Positions 13,801 to 26,824 of a stretch of DNA of 60,000 nucleotides are shown piece after piece. Source of the DNA: Botryllus schlosseri (lineage: Eukaryota); the NCBI GenBank assembly GCA_051294905.1, contig CM119373.1, positions 5,892,001 to 5,952,000 of the forward strand, in the 5' to 3' direction. The position numbers were made by a program, and so were the translations under genes. Each line of letters starts with the position of its first letter. The stretch's first letter is position 1. The notes beneath the pieces are model-generated. The model was not told the DNA's origin. It was given only the letters and a program-made list of their open reading frames with translations, and ran no database searches.

Positions 13801-13942
13801 ATATCATGTGTATGGTATTGTACATTGTACGCCTATGTCTTGAGCTGATAAAAATAATAAAACCGCTGATCATATACCGATTATACAGCATTCCAGATGC
13901 TACTCAGATTATGAATGTCCTTAACATTTGTAATATGTCGAC

Positions 13943-16530
13943 TAGGGTGGAGTGAAAAATGAAAATTTTTGAATTTGAAAAAAGGGTCTTGATATGTGGT
14001 GCCAAATAGTAAACAAATAAAATCTATCATAATTTTGGGTTCGTACACCCTCTAGTGGTCGTGCAATTTCACCGAACGAGCCAAAGACAGCTAATTTCGC
14101 CATATCTTGATCATCATTTACACTAGAAAGTCAGTTTTGGGCTTAAAAGATGCAGAAGCAACATGTTTCTATCTCACTTCCATAGAACTTACTTTTAAAA
14201 ATGAACAGAAAAAAGTTACAAGCAAATTTCTGATTTTATAGGTAAAATTAAGCACTGAAGCATTGGGTAGGATGTCAAAAGCGTGTAGTGATTGATCTTA
14301 TGACTGAGCAACATACCCTATAAATTAGAACTACTTTTCAAAACTTGCTCAAACAAATGAAACCCCCTCCAACCATAAATAGGGCTCGGGCATCGAATAG
14401 AGACTGCTAAAACTGTATTTAATAGTGTCCATTGGTAGTGCAGCGTCACGATATCGGTAAGTTTATAACAACGGCCCTCATGAGATTTCTTACCAAAATG
14501 CTGTCGTAGGGTTTGTATCATATTTGTCACAAAGCTCCTGAATGAAAGCACAAAAATTGAAAATACACATTCAAAACACAAACATCAATTCTATACTGCA
14601 AACAGAAAAATTTTGTAGCAGTATCATATGAGTATCAGTGTGCACAAACATTAAAATCATGTTTAGTATTGAAAGATTTCATCTGCTTTTAAGACTTCAG
14701 TTTTTGTATGATGAGGCTATCTCCACGTTTAAATCCTGAAACATGGGTAGATGCTTCAGTAACCATGTTTTATTGTTTTTCCACTGCCTGGTTGTGGCAA
14801 GGATGACTGAGCCTCAATGGTGATGATCTTAGGTTTTCCACCTCGACATCTGACGAGGTCTTGATTGCAGGCGGCTGTTCAATATCTTTTTGGTTCAAGT
14901 TGACAATTTGGTGGAAAGATTAAGCGCCGATGTTGATAACTGGAATTTGGAAGAAACTGATGCTCAATGTCGCTGTTTTTAGGTTTGGTGTCATTTATAT
15001 ATCTTCCTTCAAATTCATAATTGGAATTTGGTATGGTGTGGTTGTTCTGCGCATAGCTGTAATCTTGTTAACTGTAAACTTCGGACGTTTCCCTCCTCGT
15101 CACCAAAGCATTCCCAGCAAAATATTTTCTGGATGTTCTAAATGAGCATTTCTTCGTAGCAAAGATAGTACAAGGGAGTGAGTTCGGGAATCGGTCAGCT
15201 TTGTGACACGGGAAACTATATTGTGGAAATTTTTAGCACCATCTACAATGGAATTGTGCATTTTTATTTCAAACCATGACGGAAAATAGACCTCCACGCA
15301 GAATTGAGCAAGACAGTTCAGATTTCTCGATGGACGACTCTGTCCCACATAGTACTTTGAAATTTGAGATGCGAGAGTTACCTATATTGAATGAACGACG
15401 TGCCCAGCCTCTAAATATTTCAGATCTGGTTCCAATTGACGACTTTGAAGGAGGACATATAAATGAAACCAAACCCTAAAGCAGCAACATTGACACCAGC
15501 ATCAGATTCTTCCAAATTCCAGTTATCAACATCAAGGCTTAATCTTTCCACCAAATTGTCAACTTAAACCTCAAAAATATTGAACAGCCGCCTGCATCGC
15601 AATCAAGACCTTGTCTGATCACGAGCTGGGAAACCTATGATCATCACCATTAAGGCTCAGTCATCCTTGCCACAGCCAGGCGGTGGAAAGACATGTGACA
15701 GTGTTGATTTAAGCATCTGCTCAATGTTTCAGGATTTAAACGTAGAGATGACCTCATCAGACAAAAACTGAAGTCTTGAAAGCAGATGAAATCTTTCAAT
15801 ACCAAACATGACTTTATTGCTTGTGCACACTGATACTCATGTGATACTGCTACAAAAATTTTCTGTTTCCAGTTTAGAATTGATGTTTGTGTTTTGAATG
15901 TGTATTTTCAATTTTTGCGCTTTAATTCAGGAGCTTTGTGATAAATATGCTACAAACCCTACGACAGCATTTTGGTAAGAAATCTCATGATGGCAGTTGT
16001 TATAAACTTACCGATATCGTGATGCCGCACTACCGATAGACGCTGTTTTAAATACAGTTTTAGCAGTCTCTATATTCGATGCCCGAGCCCTATTTATGCT
16101 AGGAGGGGGTTTCATTTGTTTGAGAAAGTCTCGATAAGTAGTTCTAATTGATAGGGTATGTTGCTCAGTCATAAGATCAATCACTACACGCTTTTGACAT
16201 CCTACCCACTGCTTCAGTGCTTAATTTTACCTATAAAATCAGAAATTTGCTTACAACTTTTTTTCTGTTCATTTTTAAGAGTAAGTTCTATGGAAGTGAG
16301 ATAGAAACATGTTGCTTCTGCATCTTTTAAGCCCAAAACTGACTTTCTAGTGTAAGTGATGATCAAGATATGGCGAAATTAGCTGTTTTGGGCTCGTTCG
16401 GTGAAATTGCACGACCACTAGAGGGTGTACGAACCCAAAATTATGATAGAATTTATTTGTTTACTATTTGGCACCACATATCAAGACCCTTTTTTGAAAT
16501 TCAAAAATTTTCAATTTTCACTCCACCCTA
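13943..16530. mobile_element. Foldback (palindromic) non-autonomous hAT element with transposase C-terminal remnants in both arms
   Basis: TAGGGTGGAGTG termini; perfect TSD atgtcgac (13935-13942, 16531-16538); ~1.09-kb inverted arms; remnants HPENILLGML and PCHNQAVE/PCHSQAVERH, which I recall from hATm-like transposases. Confidence 0.92.
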
Positions 16531-16776
16531 ATGTCGACTTTCAACCCTCCTTAACTCATTTTCTCGCGGGAAAGATGAGAAGTTCATTTACGGCACCCTG
16601 TCGAGAAGCACTGGTCCAGGATTTTATGATGGAAAAGCATTGTTTATATTACATACGCCAGTCGCATTGCCGAAATCGTTTTATTCAATAAAATACGCAG
16701 AAACACAAAATTGGAAACAAAGAACAGGGCACTTGCGTGGCAAGGATTCAAAAAAATCAAACATCTTCTCCATATT

Positions 16777-17352
16777 TCAAGAAGACTCGTCATCATCGAT
16801 GCCAAAGTCAATTGGAATTGCCCCAAGTTTTTCGTCGAAACGAGATTTGCTGTTTCCTAAGTCGAAATGCTTGATTGCTACTTCGTCCGATCGGTCGGGT
16901 GAGAATATATCTTTGCTGAATCTTGCCTCTTTTCTCTAGAAAGGTGACAAAGTGACTGAATTAGCGTCACCACATTTTGTGTATATGCATAAATAAATGT
17001 GCATAAATGCATAAACACGGCTGAAATGACGTAGGCCTACCTGTTTAATTCTTTTTCGCATGGCCCCACGGTACGGGTCGCGACACTTGGACCGAAATGT
17101 TTTGGTCTTCGTTGTGTTTTCCGACTCTTCGAACAGACTCCAATGGCGTAGAAACTCATCAAGAGCGCGTTCGGTGTCGCTGTTCTCAAATCGCATGGTT
17201 CCGCTGAAATAAAATAGTACTTATGAAACGGTGCTATATTAGACAGTTCAATATTGGTGCTTTAAACGGAATAATAAAGACGTAAATCAGGATTCCGTTT
17301 GCAAAAATTTCGCCGGGCTGACTTGCTTTTCTAGCTGTGCGTCCATATTCAT
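16777..17352 (-). pseudogene. Orphan gene family, copy 1 (probably splice-defective)
   Basis: Exons 17297-17352, 17041-17203, 16777-16935; reading frame open, but the GTGAG donor of the first coding exon is removed by a ~27-bp deletion relative to copy 2. Confidence 0.7.
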
Positions 17353-19119
17353 ATCTTTATTTCGGGCAAACGACTATAACTTATCAAACTGAAAAAAGAA
17401 TAATTTATATTTGTTAGTGTCTTCGATCTTACAATCATTGTTTGCAATAATGGTGTCCAACTGTAGGAGTTGTAAGCTTGATTATCATGTTTCTGCACAT
17501 ATACTCTGTATATCAACACGCACATCTAATAATTCCCAGTAAACTATCTCTCTCTGCGAAGTGAAGCCAAAGACTGCCAACAAGCAATGTGAGTGATCGC
17601 ATTATGTAGGAGGTTTATAGACAGGTTGCTTGTCGTGGATACCGAAATGCATCCCGCTGATTCAAAGTCTGATTGCGAAACAAATCAGATGAAGCGCCAT
17701 CGCGTAAAATTTATTGTCATACAGGAGCAACCAATTTAAGTTGGCGGAATCGATTCTATTTGAAGTCGTTTACAAAGTAATTCCATTCATTAACCTGATT
17801 CATCAAATGTGCTTTATATATCCGATAACACAAGTTCTGTATGAAGTTCAGTGGTTCTTCAAACAAACAATCGCTGATGCGCTTTTAATTCTGCATTTGA
17901 ACGGAATGAAATTTTTCTTTCATCAGCTCTCTCTGTGATCACATCAAGAAGCTGCGCATCATTTCAATCAGGGCCTATCATGTTTTGATCCGAGATTCAT
18001 TCCTTAGAGTTGCTTCAGTTTATTTTATTACGTAGAACGCTTACACGGGTTGTTTAGAAATATGCCGCGAGGTGAAGTCACAAAATGACATCGTTTTCTA
18101 AATCCTTGCAAACGACCGTATGTTGGCCTGTGGATTCGTTGTCAAAAACGGTGAATATGTTCTTTCTTCCTAACAAAAAATCGAACGCCCTGTCACTATT
18201 ACGCGTAGTTACCCATCCAGAATTAGGTTCCGTCAGGGTTCGAAACCCGACTTACTTACGTTTTGCTCGCTCAAATTGCGTAAAAAACACGATCCTGCGC
18301 GTTGTTATTATGAAAATCAAAACCTGTTGCGCGAATTCATGTTTACTAATCAATTACGTATAGCCTGTGATATTGTAGTTATTATAGTTACTATAGTTAT
18401 TATAGTTATCTATAGTGATATCGTCATACTAATCCTCATAATTAGGTAGTACCAGGAATTTCCCTTCGCGTGTGACTGTTGGGATGCTTTGTGTAGCCTG
18501 CGAGTGCGGGATGAATCGGGCAATATGGTGCCAGCCATTTCGTCGACGATTTTCGCTCCAGTTCATACCGAATTTCGGCCAATTTGCGACGCAGCGAAGT
18601 ACTTTATCAAAGTGCCAGTGGCGATTAAAGCTTGCCACAAAATGACATCTGCATGTCGTCGGAAACCACCGATGAGGATAAGTCTTGGTTTCGAAATAAT
18701 CAGTGTGGAATAGCCTTTTGTCCTCGCGAATTGATGCGGCCATTTAAAAATGCTGTGTTATGTTGTGTTCGTCTCAATAAACGATTTTTCAGTTTTTTAT
18801 GGTGATTGTAAGTAATGCCAATAACATAATCTAATAATTAGATAATAGACAATCTCGATTTGTCGCATTATTATTGAACGTCGATTGTCAAATTAAAAAG
18901 ATGTGCCACACGCTGCAGCACATCCACGGAATGTCCTGTTTTTGATACTCGCGCGAAAATATTAAACCCCTTTTGTATCAACTGTTCTCAGACGGGTTCT
19001 GCAGATCTGGATTAGTTCCACAGCGCACCATCCGTTATAAATCAATACCATATCTACAACCAGTTTGTCATTATATTCTAATACAGCTGTAGGCAACCTT
19101 TTTTGGTCTGCGGACAGCG

Positions 19120-19627
19120 CAGTATAATGAGCATCGGAGCGGAGTCGGAGTGGATTCGGAGCGGAGTTTTGCCGATTTTGTGACAGTCGGAGTGGAGTCG
19201 GAGTTTACTACAGATATTTTTTCGGAGTATTGTAACTTTTGTCTCCGATATCTTTGGATAGCTCTGACCAGAATACACTATTGATTATGATGACAAACCA
19301 AAACACAGACAGTTGACACCTTGCAAAGTTGTAATATGACGGGTAACATGCAAAAATGATTGCCAAGTGCATAAAAATCAGCCATCTGCACTGCAATTGG
19401 GGAACTAGAGTAAGCAATACTATGAGGCAAACCATATTATCACATGTACCATGTTGTACCATGTGTACCATGCACCATGCTTGCCACTGTTTCGGATACT
19501 TGACGAGATTCATCGGAGTATCTCGGAGTCTGGGATTGAGCTCTTCGGAGTCGGAGGGAGTTTTCCTCAGACACTAAAGTTGTCGGAGGGATTCGGAGTC
19601 TCGAAAAGCACTATTCTCTCATCACTG
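19120..19627. mobile_element. MITE with GGAGTCGGAG arrays
   Basis: CAGT...ACTG ends, flanking cggacag duplicated, interrupts an older Charlie-like end; related fragment ~42067-42230. Confidence 0.65.
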
Positions 19628-21659
19628 CGGACAGGTCTCAAAATTATTTTATTTTGCATACTTATAAAACATATATGATCAAAATAAAAAATGTGTTGCA
19701 ACTGCATACACTATGATTGATAGTGATTCCTAAGTTATGCGTCTCGAACCAAATATGGGCCGTGAATGGTATAATCACACCAGAGCGATTGTTTAATGCA
19801 GGGTCGGCAACCTTTTTTGATCGGCGGACCGGTGTCAAAATGCAATATATTCCACTAAACTTGATCGACGACGAACGGACTGCATGGTAACGAGCGCACC
19901 AATATCGAATTTCAAACCATTGGGTATATTTGGTAGAAAGTGGATTTCTGCTGTTAAGGTCGCGACATGCGCTCATTTAGGCAGTTATACTTGAACAAAT
20001 CGCACCATTTGAAGATTAAATTAGACTGTATGGCTTGATATGGAAAAGCGCAATGCCGGTATGAAAACAATACGTCACTGTTTTCAAGCTTACAACGTGT
20101 ACATAGCAATAGCATGGAGTAAAGTGCGTTCTCGTACGGCTATGATGTCATCCACAGACAGCACGAAGTAATTACACGTCACCGGACTTTACATACCCAC
20201 AATATGACGCGTCCTTACGACGGCAACAATTGAGCCGAGCTGGAGCCGGAACAGTGGTATCAATGTGCTCCGGAGCTGGTACCAGAGTTAATTTATGATA
20301 GAAGAGAGCTCCGGAGCTGGAGCTGGAACTCCCCCCCCCCCGGACAACGAATCTAGTGCCAGCGGCCCCCGACACCCCCTGACCACGCCTATATCATAAA
20401 ACGAATGTTGCTATGCATTTATTGCAGCTAAAAAATGAGACGGATGAAGCTGGTGTCTTGACACACTGCTGGTCAACACATATATTTTTAGTCAGACAAA
20501 GTAAGAGTGGTTTTAAGGGTTCTGAAGGGCACTGATTCCGAATATGACCTTAGTTTTTTTTCAAATTGGCTCTATTTTTTGGAGTTCATCCATGGGGATA
20601 TTGGCACGTAACTATGGAATTTTCCGGTACAGCTGAATAAATAGACGAACGACCCTTGCCCCAACTCAGTGGTTCGCAACCATTTTCCACCAACGTGCCA
20701 TGTCGAGGTTTTATGCAGTGATCGCGTACCGACTACATAAGTTACGCGCGCCGAAAGCGGTCAAAAATGTTTCCACCGCGTTGAGCTGCCGAAGGCAGGG
20801 AAACAGGAAACAAACTGCCCATTTTAAGGCGCAGTATATGGTTTCTGTGATGGGTCCATTTGGAATTCTAGAGGTCAAATATATTAAAACGGAATATAGT
20901 AAGGTAATAAGAATCCCAATTTTTTACGACTAGATCTCTTCCCCATAAGCCGTCATTGGTTGAATTGTCCCTACCCACGACGACAACCTAACCAAGACGA
21001 CGACGGCTTCAGGAAACTCAAAATCAACCCAACCTTAACTAATAACTTCTATTCCCTACTGGCGCACCACCTGGCAGACCTTCGCGTACCACTAGTGACT
21101 AATGGTACGCGTACCACAGGTTGAGAACCACTGCCCTAACTGAATCGATTCTGCATTTTTACTGTGAATTTAGCTGATTTTTTTTATCAATCGCGTCAAC
21201 ACTACTCAGCAGTTACCTTGTAAACCTACACCGCCCCCATTTGCTCTCAGCGCCTCTCCCCCCTACAACCGCCCAATTTAATGGCCGACGACCCCTGCAT
21301 GCTCGCGAACGCCCCCAGGGGCGCTGGCGCCCACTTTGGGAACCACTGATGTAAACTCTGGTTCTAGAGTTCTAGATATCCCTGATATAATCTAACGATT
21401 ATTATTGATTATATTGATTGAATGCCCTTAACATTTGTAATATGCCACCACTGGTTTGGTTTTTCGTGATGCATTTTCCATCATAAAAAGGATAGCTTAA
21501 ATTCCTTGGCAATCGCGTCAATCCATTGTTTTATTCAAACAAAATACTTAGAAACAAAAAATGGAAAACAGTGTTTTAACGTATCGCGTTACAGGAAACG
21601 GTATTGCGATCCCACTAGCTTGGCAAGAATTCAAAGAGATTAAATATAGTCTTTCTATC

Positions 21660-22373
21660 TCAAGAAGACTCGTCATCGTCGACGCCGAAGTTAATCGGAA
21701 TGGCCCCGAGTTTTTCGTCGAAACGAGATTTGCTGTTTCGTAGAACAAAATGCTTGATTGCCACTTCTTCCGATCGATCGGGTGAGAATATATCTTTGCT
21801 GAATCTTGCCTCTTTTCTCTGCAAAGGTTACAAAGTGACTGAATTAGCGTCACCACATTTTGTGCAACAAATAGGTCACATTATAGCAAATCATATTGGT
21901 CATGTAAATATAAAGCATGTGCCTGTGATAGCCGTTTGAGCTGCGCTGATCGTACAAATGTGCCGAGAAAACGAAGTATAGGGATAACTTTCATGCATAA
22001 ATACAGCTGGAATGACGTACCTGTTTGATTCTTTTTCTCATGGCCCCACGGTACGGGTCGCGACAGTTGGACCGTAATGATTAGGTCTTCGTTGTGTTTT
22101 CCGACTCTTCGAACGGACTCCAATCGCGCAGAAACTCAGCAAGAGCGTGCTCTGTGTCGCCGTACTCAAATCGCATGGTTTCACTGAAATAAAATAATAC
22201 TTATGAAACACATCAGTGCTAAATTCAACCCTATATATTTCATTTTGGTGTTTTAAACGATATAATAGGTACGGAAACCATCAGGATTCCAGTACAAAAA
22301 TTAAACTAAATTCTCACGTTTGCAAAAATTTCGCCGGGTTGACTTGCTTTTCCTGCTGTGCGTCCATATTCAT
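21660..22373 (-). pseudogene. Orphan gene family, copy 2 (premature stop)
   Basis: Exons 22318-22373, 22021-22183, 21660-21818 with canonical GT-AG; in-frame TAA at 22081-22083 where copy 1 has AAA. Confidence 0.75.
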
Positions 22374-24863
22374 ATCTTGACGGACAGACTACTATTACAG
22401 GCCTTTATATAACTTATTGTTCCACTGAAAAAGAAGAATTGACATTAGTTAGATCTCCGATGTTGCAACAAGTTGGGTCCAAATGTAGGACTTCCAAGCT
22501 TTAATATCATGTTTCTCCACATATAGCCCACGCTGTATATATCTACACGCAAATATAATAATTTCTAATAGCCTATCTCTCTACACGAAGTGTAGTCAAA
22601 GACTGTCAACAAGCAATGTGAGTGATCGCATTATGTAGGGGGTTTATATATTGCAGTATAGTAGTCAGGTTGTTTGTCATAGATAACCAAACTGCATGGC
22701 TTTGATAAAGTGACTTACGGATGAATAGACATCCTGCCGATTCAAGTCTGGTTGCGGAATTATTCAGAATATTTGATATCACCTTCTTCCTCAGTGATGT
22801 ATAAGACATCATAGGGAGAGCGCTGGATGATACCGGGGCGGCAGAGATAAGAGAGAAGCGCCATCGCTTAATATTTGTTATCATACAGGAGCAACTAACT
22901 TATGTTGGCGGAATCGATTTTATTTGAAGTCGTTTACGTAGTGATTTCATTCATGTATCTGATTTATCAAACGCCGTTTATATCTAACAACACATAAGTT
23001 CTGAATAATAAATAGTTCGGTTGTTCTTCAAACAAACATGCAGTCATTGAAGTTTTCAATGTTGCATTTGAACGGAACGAATTTTTTTCTCATCAACCAT
23101 CCCTGTGGTCACAACAAAAAGCTGCGCAGCACTTCAATCAGACCGTAAATACTTTGTTTTAAGATTTAGGCTATTCCTGGGAGGTATTTCAGTTTATTTT
23201 ATTACACATAAAGCTTGCACAGATTTTTTAGAGCTGTGCCGCGACGTGAAGTCATAAAAATTTGCATCGTTTTCCGAATCCCGAACCATGGTATATTGGC
23301 CTGTGGATTATTTGCTATATACGGAGAATATGTTCTTTGTGGCTGACGAAAAATCGATCGCTCTGCCATTCTTGCGCAATGTCAGCCATCCAAAACCAGG
23401 CCCGATTGGGGTTATTACTTTTTTTTCGCTCAAATTGCGTAAATTAGAGAAACCTGCGCATCGTTATTATGAAAGCTCAAACCTGTTGCGCGTAATTCAT
23501 GATTTCTATTCAAATATTTAGCCTGTGATGTAAAGCGGCGCAATCCGGGACATGGACCGAGGCAGGACTGGATATCCGATAGGATTTTTTCACTTTTGGT
23601 ATGAGCTGGATTCATACTTCTTCATGATATGGCCGGAGTCGGATCAGGGCCGGATCGTATACTTCAATTTTTTAATTCTTTTTCAGAATTGCGATTGTGG
23701 CTATTGATGAGCGTGGCCGTTGCAACTACGTATTACGCTCTAGTAGCCGCCAAAACAAGCCTGTGTTCAATACAAAACTGAGTTTGTTTTGCTTTCATAT
23801 TTTTTGTATTGTTGCAATGCCCAATGAATCACGTGAACCCGTACCGTATGATCTATTGCTGGGGTGCCCAACCTGCGGCCGTAGAAGGGAATTTGTGCGT
23901 CCGCATCCGCGGACTCGATACGCACTTATACTATGTATTGGCGGCCGTCGAGATGCAAGTTGAATTTACGAATAGACTCCCGATTTCTTGAAAGATTTTA
24001 ATTAATCCTGAAATTTTCTTTGCGCTGCGCGCGATCAATGTGACTTAATTTTTCGATTTAATATAGGGGCGCTCATTGCAATCATAGCCTTACAGTACAG
24101 AGACGAACAGCAGAGGAAAATGATGCATCTCATATAGAAATACCAACTCGGAATCGTGTGCTCCTCATTATACCGTCAATCCTAATGACAGGTCAAGAAT
24201 TAACAGCATGCAACAAAGTGACTTATACCAATTGGCCCACCCGAAGATGCATCATCATATGTAATTTGCCGATACCGTCTCAATAATGGTCACATTTTAC
24301 ATACAGAGCCGAAACTGCCAAATCCTGGAACCCACGACAATTGAAGACCATCTCAAAGCAGCCACAACACTATTTCCCGCATAATCATTGATTTCCCAGC
24401 ATATCAATCCAACTTAACAATTTCTGTTATTTCCCCTTGCGTGATTGATTGATTTAAGGATTTCTATATGAATACGCTCTCCAGCAAAGACGCCTAATTT
24501 ACTACAGAAACGAGTCAAACGGTGTCTGTTTTTGATACTCGCGCAAATGAATTATACCCCTTTCGTATCAATTGTTCACAGCCGGTTTCTGCAAATCTTG
24601 ATTAATTCCGCAATGCGCCATCAGTTTGACATCAATATCATATCCACAAACCGTTTTCCAAGATATTGCAATACACCAACGGCAACCTTCTTTGCTCTCC
24701 GGGCCGGTCGGTTTTTAAATTTATTTAGTCTACAATTTAATCCCGTTACATTAGTTAAGTCCACTGTGAATAGACGATTTGGCAATTATACTTCATTTGT
24801 GCAGCGTTTACCCGTTGTTACCCGCGTTATTATCACAGCAGATTCGCAACAACGATTACCAGG

Positions 24864-26035
24864 TAGGGAAGGTGTGAACTATAGTGCGAAGTGGATCGAC
24901 AAGTTCCTTGGTCCTGCTCCGATCCTGTTTTTGAAGCTCTGGTCCGACTCCTAGGCCGGATTCTAGAAATGACTGTGATCTGGTCAAAATATCCGATAAT
25001 AATTATCTAGACACAGGATGGTATTGAGTATTGATTGAAACAATGCAAACATGACAATAAAACTCAAAGATCAAGCCCAGCTCTTGTCTAAAGTAATTAT
25101 GCAAACTTGGACATAGCTTGTGGTTTATTTCCATGAACGTTTCACTTTACCTATTAATTCGAGGGTAAAAAGTTCTTAGTAAAAAGTACTGATCCGGCTC
25201 CGATCCGACTCCGGCCGTGTCAGAAAAAGTATTGATCCGGCTCCGGCAAAAAATGAGAAAATCCGGTCGGATATCCAATCAGACTACGGTCCATTTTCCG
25301 CCCTAGTGCGGACCCAGAAAGGTTCAAGTTCGTGAGAGCGCGAACCTTTTTGAAAGATGCTGTGTGAACGCGAACGTGAACCTATGACGTCATATTGCTT
25401 ACTCCGACCCTACATTTCAGTGAAGTGATATACTAAAGTATACAATACCAAGAGACGACTCAGGTAACAATATGCCACATAGCTGAAGTAAATGCTGACT
25501 TTTTAAAATCAATATCTTTGGTCACATTGCCGATAATTCCGGGGAGAAGCTTACGCAATCCGGGTTTTTATGATGCAATAAATGTATCATAACGAGACGG
25601 ATCCCGCACGCATGCTAGATTTTTTACATTATAGACAACGACGTATGCTTGATATCAATTTCATTGATTGGTTGAATAAGCATCATTCGCTGACTGCCTA
25701 CTGTCCAGTGTCCACCTACTATTTCGTTCTTGGAGTTGTGTAATTGCGGATCGTGCTCAACGCAGAGAGTCACTACATATTCACGAACGGAAAGCTATAT
25801 ATTTCAAGCAAACTTTAGTGACACACCAAGAAAAAATTTGAGATTGGCAAGGTGCATGCTCGTTTAGTGTTGGTTATTTTTATGCTGCCAGCGCCAAGCG
25901 CAGAGTGGTCCGAAGTTGAAATGGAAATATATTCAACTAACGATGTTATAATGACGTGAAAAATGTTATATATGAGAAAGGTTCACGTTGCAGAACCTAC
26001 CCAGGTTCATTTATGAACGCGAACCGCCAAATTTC
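24864..26035. mobile_element. Older truncated copy of the TAGGGATGGTGTGAAC MITE, interrupted by a GATCCGG-motif MITE (~24882-25304)
   Basis: Inverted homology to 26825-27819; left TIR tagggaaggtgtgaac present, right TIR missing. Confidence 0.65.
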
Positions 26036-26113
26036 TTTCCGTGACTTCCAACGGTCGAGTAGGCTCAGACTCGTGGTTTCATACGAACTGTTATGACTTT
26101 GACCATTTCCCAG

Positions 26114-26431
26114 GTCGTCGTCAGTGACTCCGGCAACAACCGAGTTCATGTTTTCGATTCGTACGGCCGCTATCTTCTACAGCTGGGAACGATCGAGACT
26201 CAGATCGAGGAACCGACAGGAATCACCACAGATCATCACGGCAACATTATCGTCGTCGATGGCAGCAACAAAAAGGTTCAAGTTTTCACGAGCGAGGGGG
26301 CCTTCGTGTCTTGCTTTGGGAGCGAAGGTTCTGAGCCGGGACAGATGAAGGATCCGAAAGGAGTTTGTCTTTTGTCAGACGGCGGAATCGCGGTCAGTGA
26401 CGGTGGCAACCACTGAGTCCAAATTTTTTGA
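26114..26431 (+). pseudogene. Isolated terminal exon of an NHL-repeat (TRIM2/3/71-like beta-propeller) gene
   Basis: cccag|VVVSDSGNNRVHVFD...PTGITTDHHGNIIVVDGSNKKVQVF...PKGVCLLSDGGIAVSDGGNH*VQIF*; about 2.5 NHL blades; TGA at 26414-26416 replaces the expected Arg of NHRVQIF; no upstream NHL exons seen. Confidence 0.8.
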
Positions 26432-26824
26432 GCGATATGATTCTTGTGTCCGACCTGGAGATGTTACAATTCTTACTGTGCATTCTTTTCATTCACGTTT
26501 GCGCTATGTTCATTACATCTACATGCAGGTGCGCAGCAATCGTTTTCGTAGTTGTTCATTTCCCAAAGCGTTGAAACAGCGTCCGAATACGCTGATCAGG
26601 GTCCACCTAAACCCGATGAATGCCGAACATGAAGACTATACTAGGAGTTTTGAAGGAGTCGATACACGGATTGAAAACGTACACAATGGCCACATATTAC
26701 CTCGACATGTAACCAATTTCCAAAGAAAACACATCCGATAGGACGTTCATGGTATCTCGTGCTTGCAATGAGACATATTGATAAGCAAAAATCATATGTT
26801 CGATAGCACTTTCGTGGTAACTCG

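Noticed and set aside
18429..18743. 104-aa ORF in a block also present at ~38412-38650
   Set aside because: Frame not preserved between the two copies and block absent from copy 2
21700..21939. Plus-strand ORFs conserved in three copies (MAPSFSSKRDLLF...; also 16640-16939, 34209-34448)
   Set aside because: Antisense shadow of the minus-strand terminal exon; splice sites, shared stop and poly(A) signals support the minus strand
26414..26416. In-frame TGA as selenocysteine or programmed read-through
   Set aside because: The aligned NHL residue is normally Arg, so CGA>TGA mutation is simpler; no SECIS recognised
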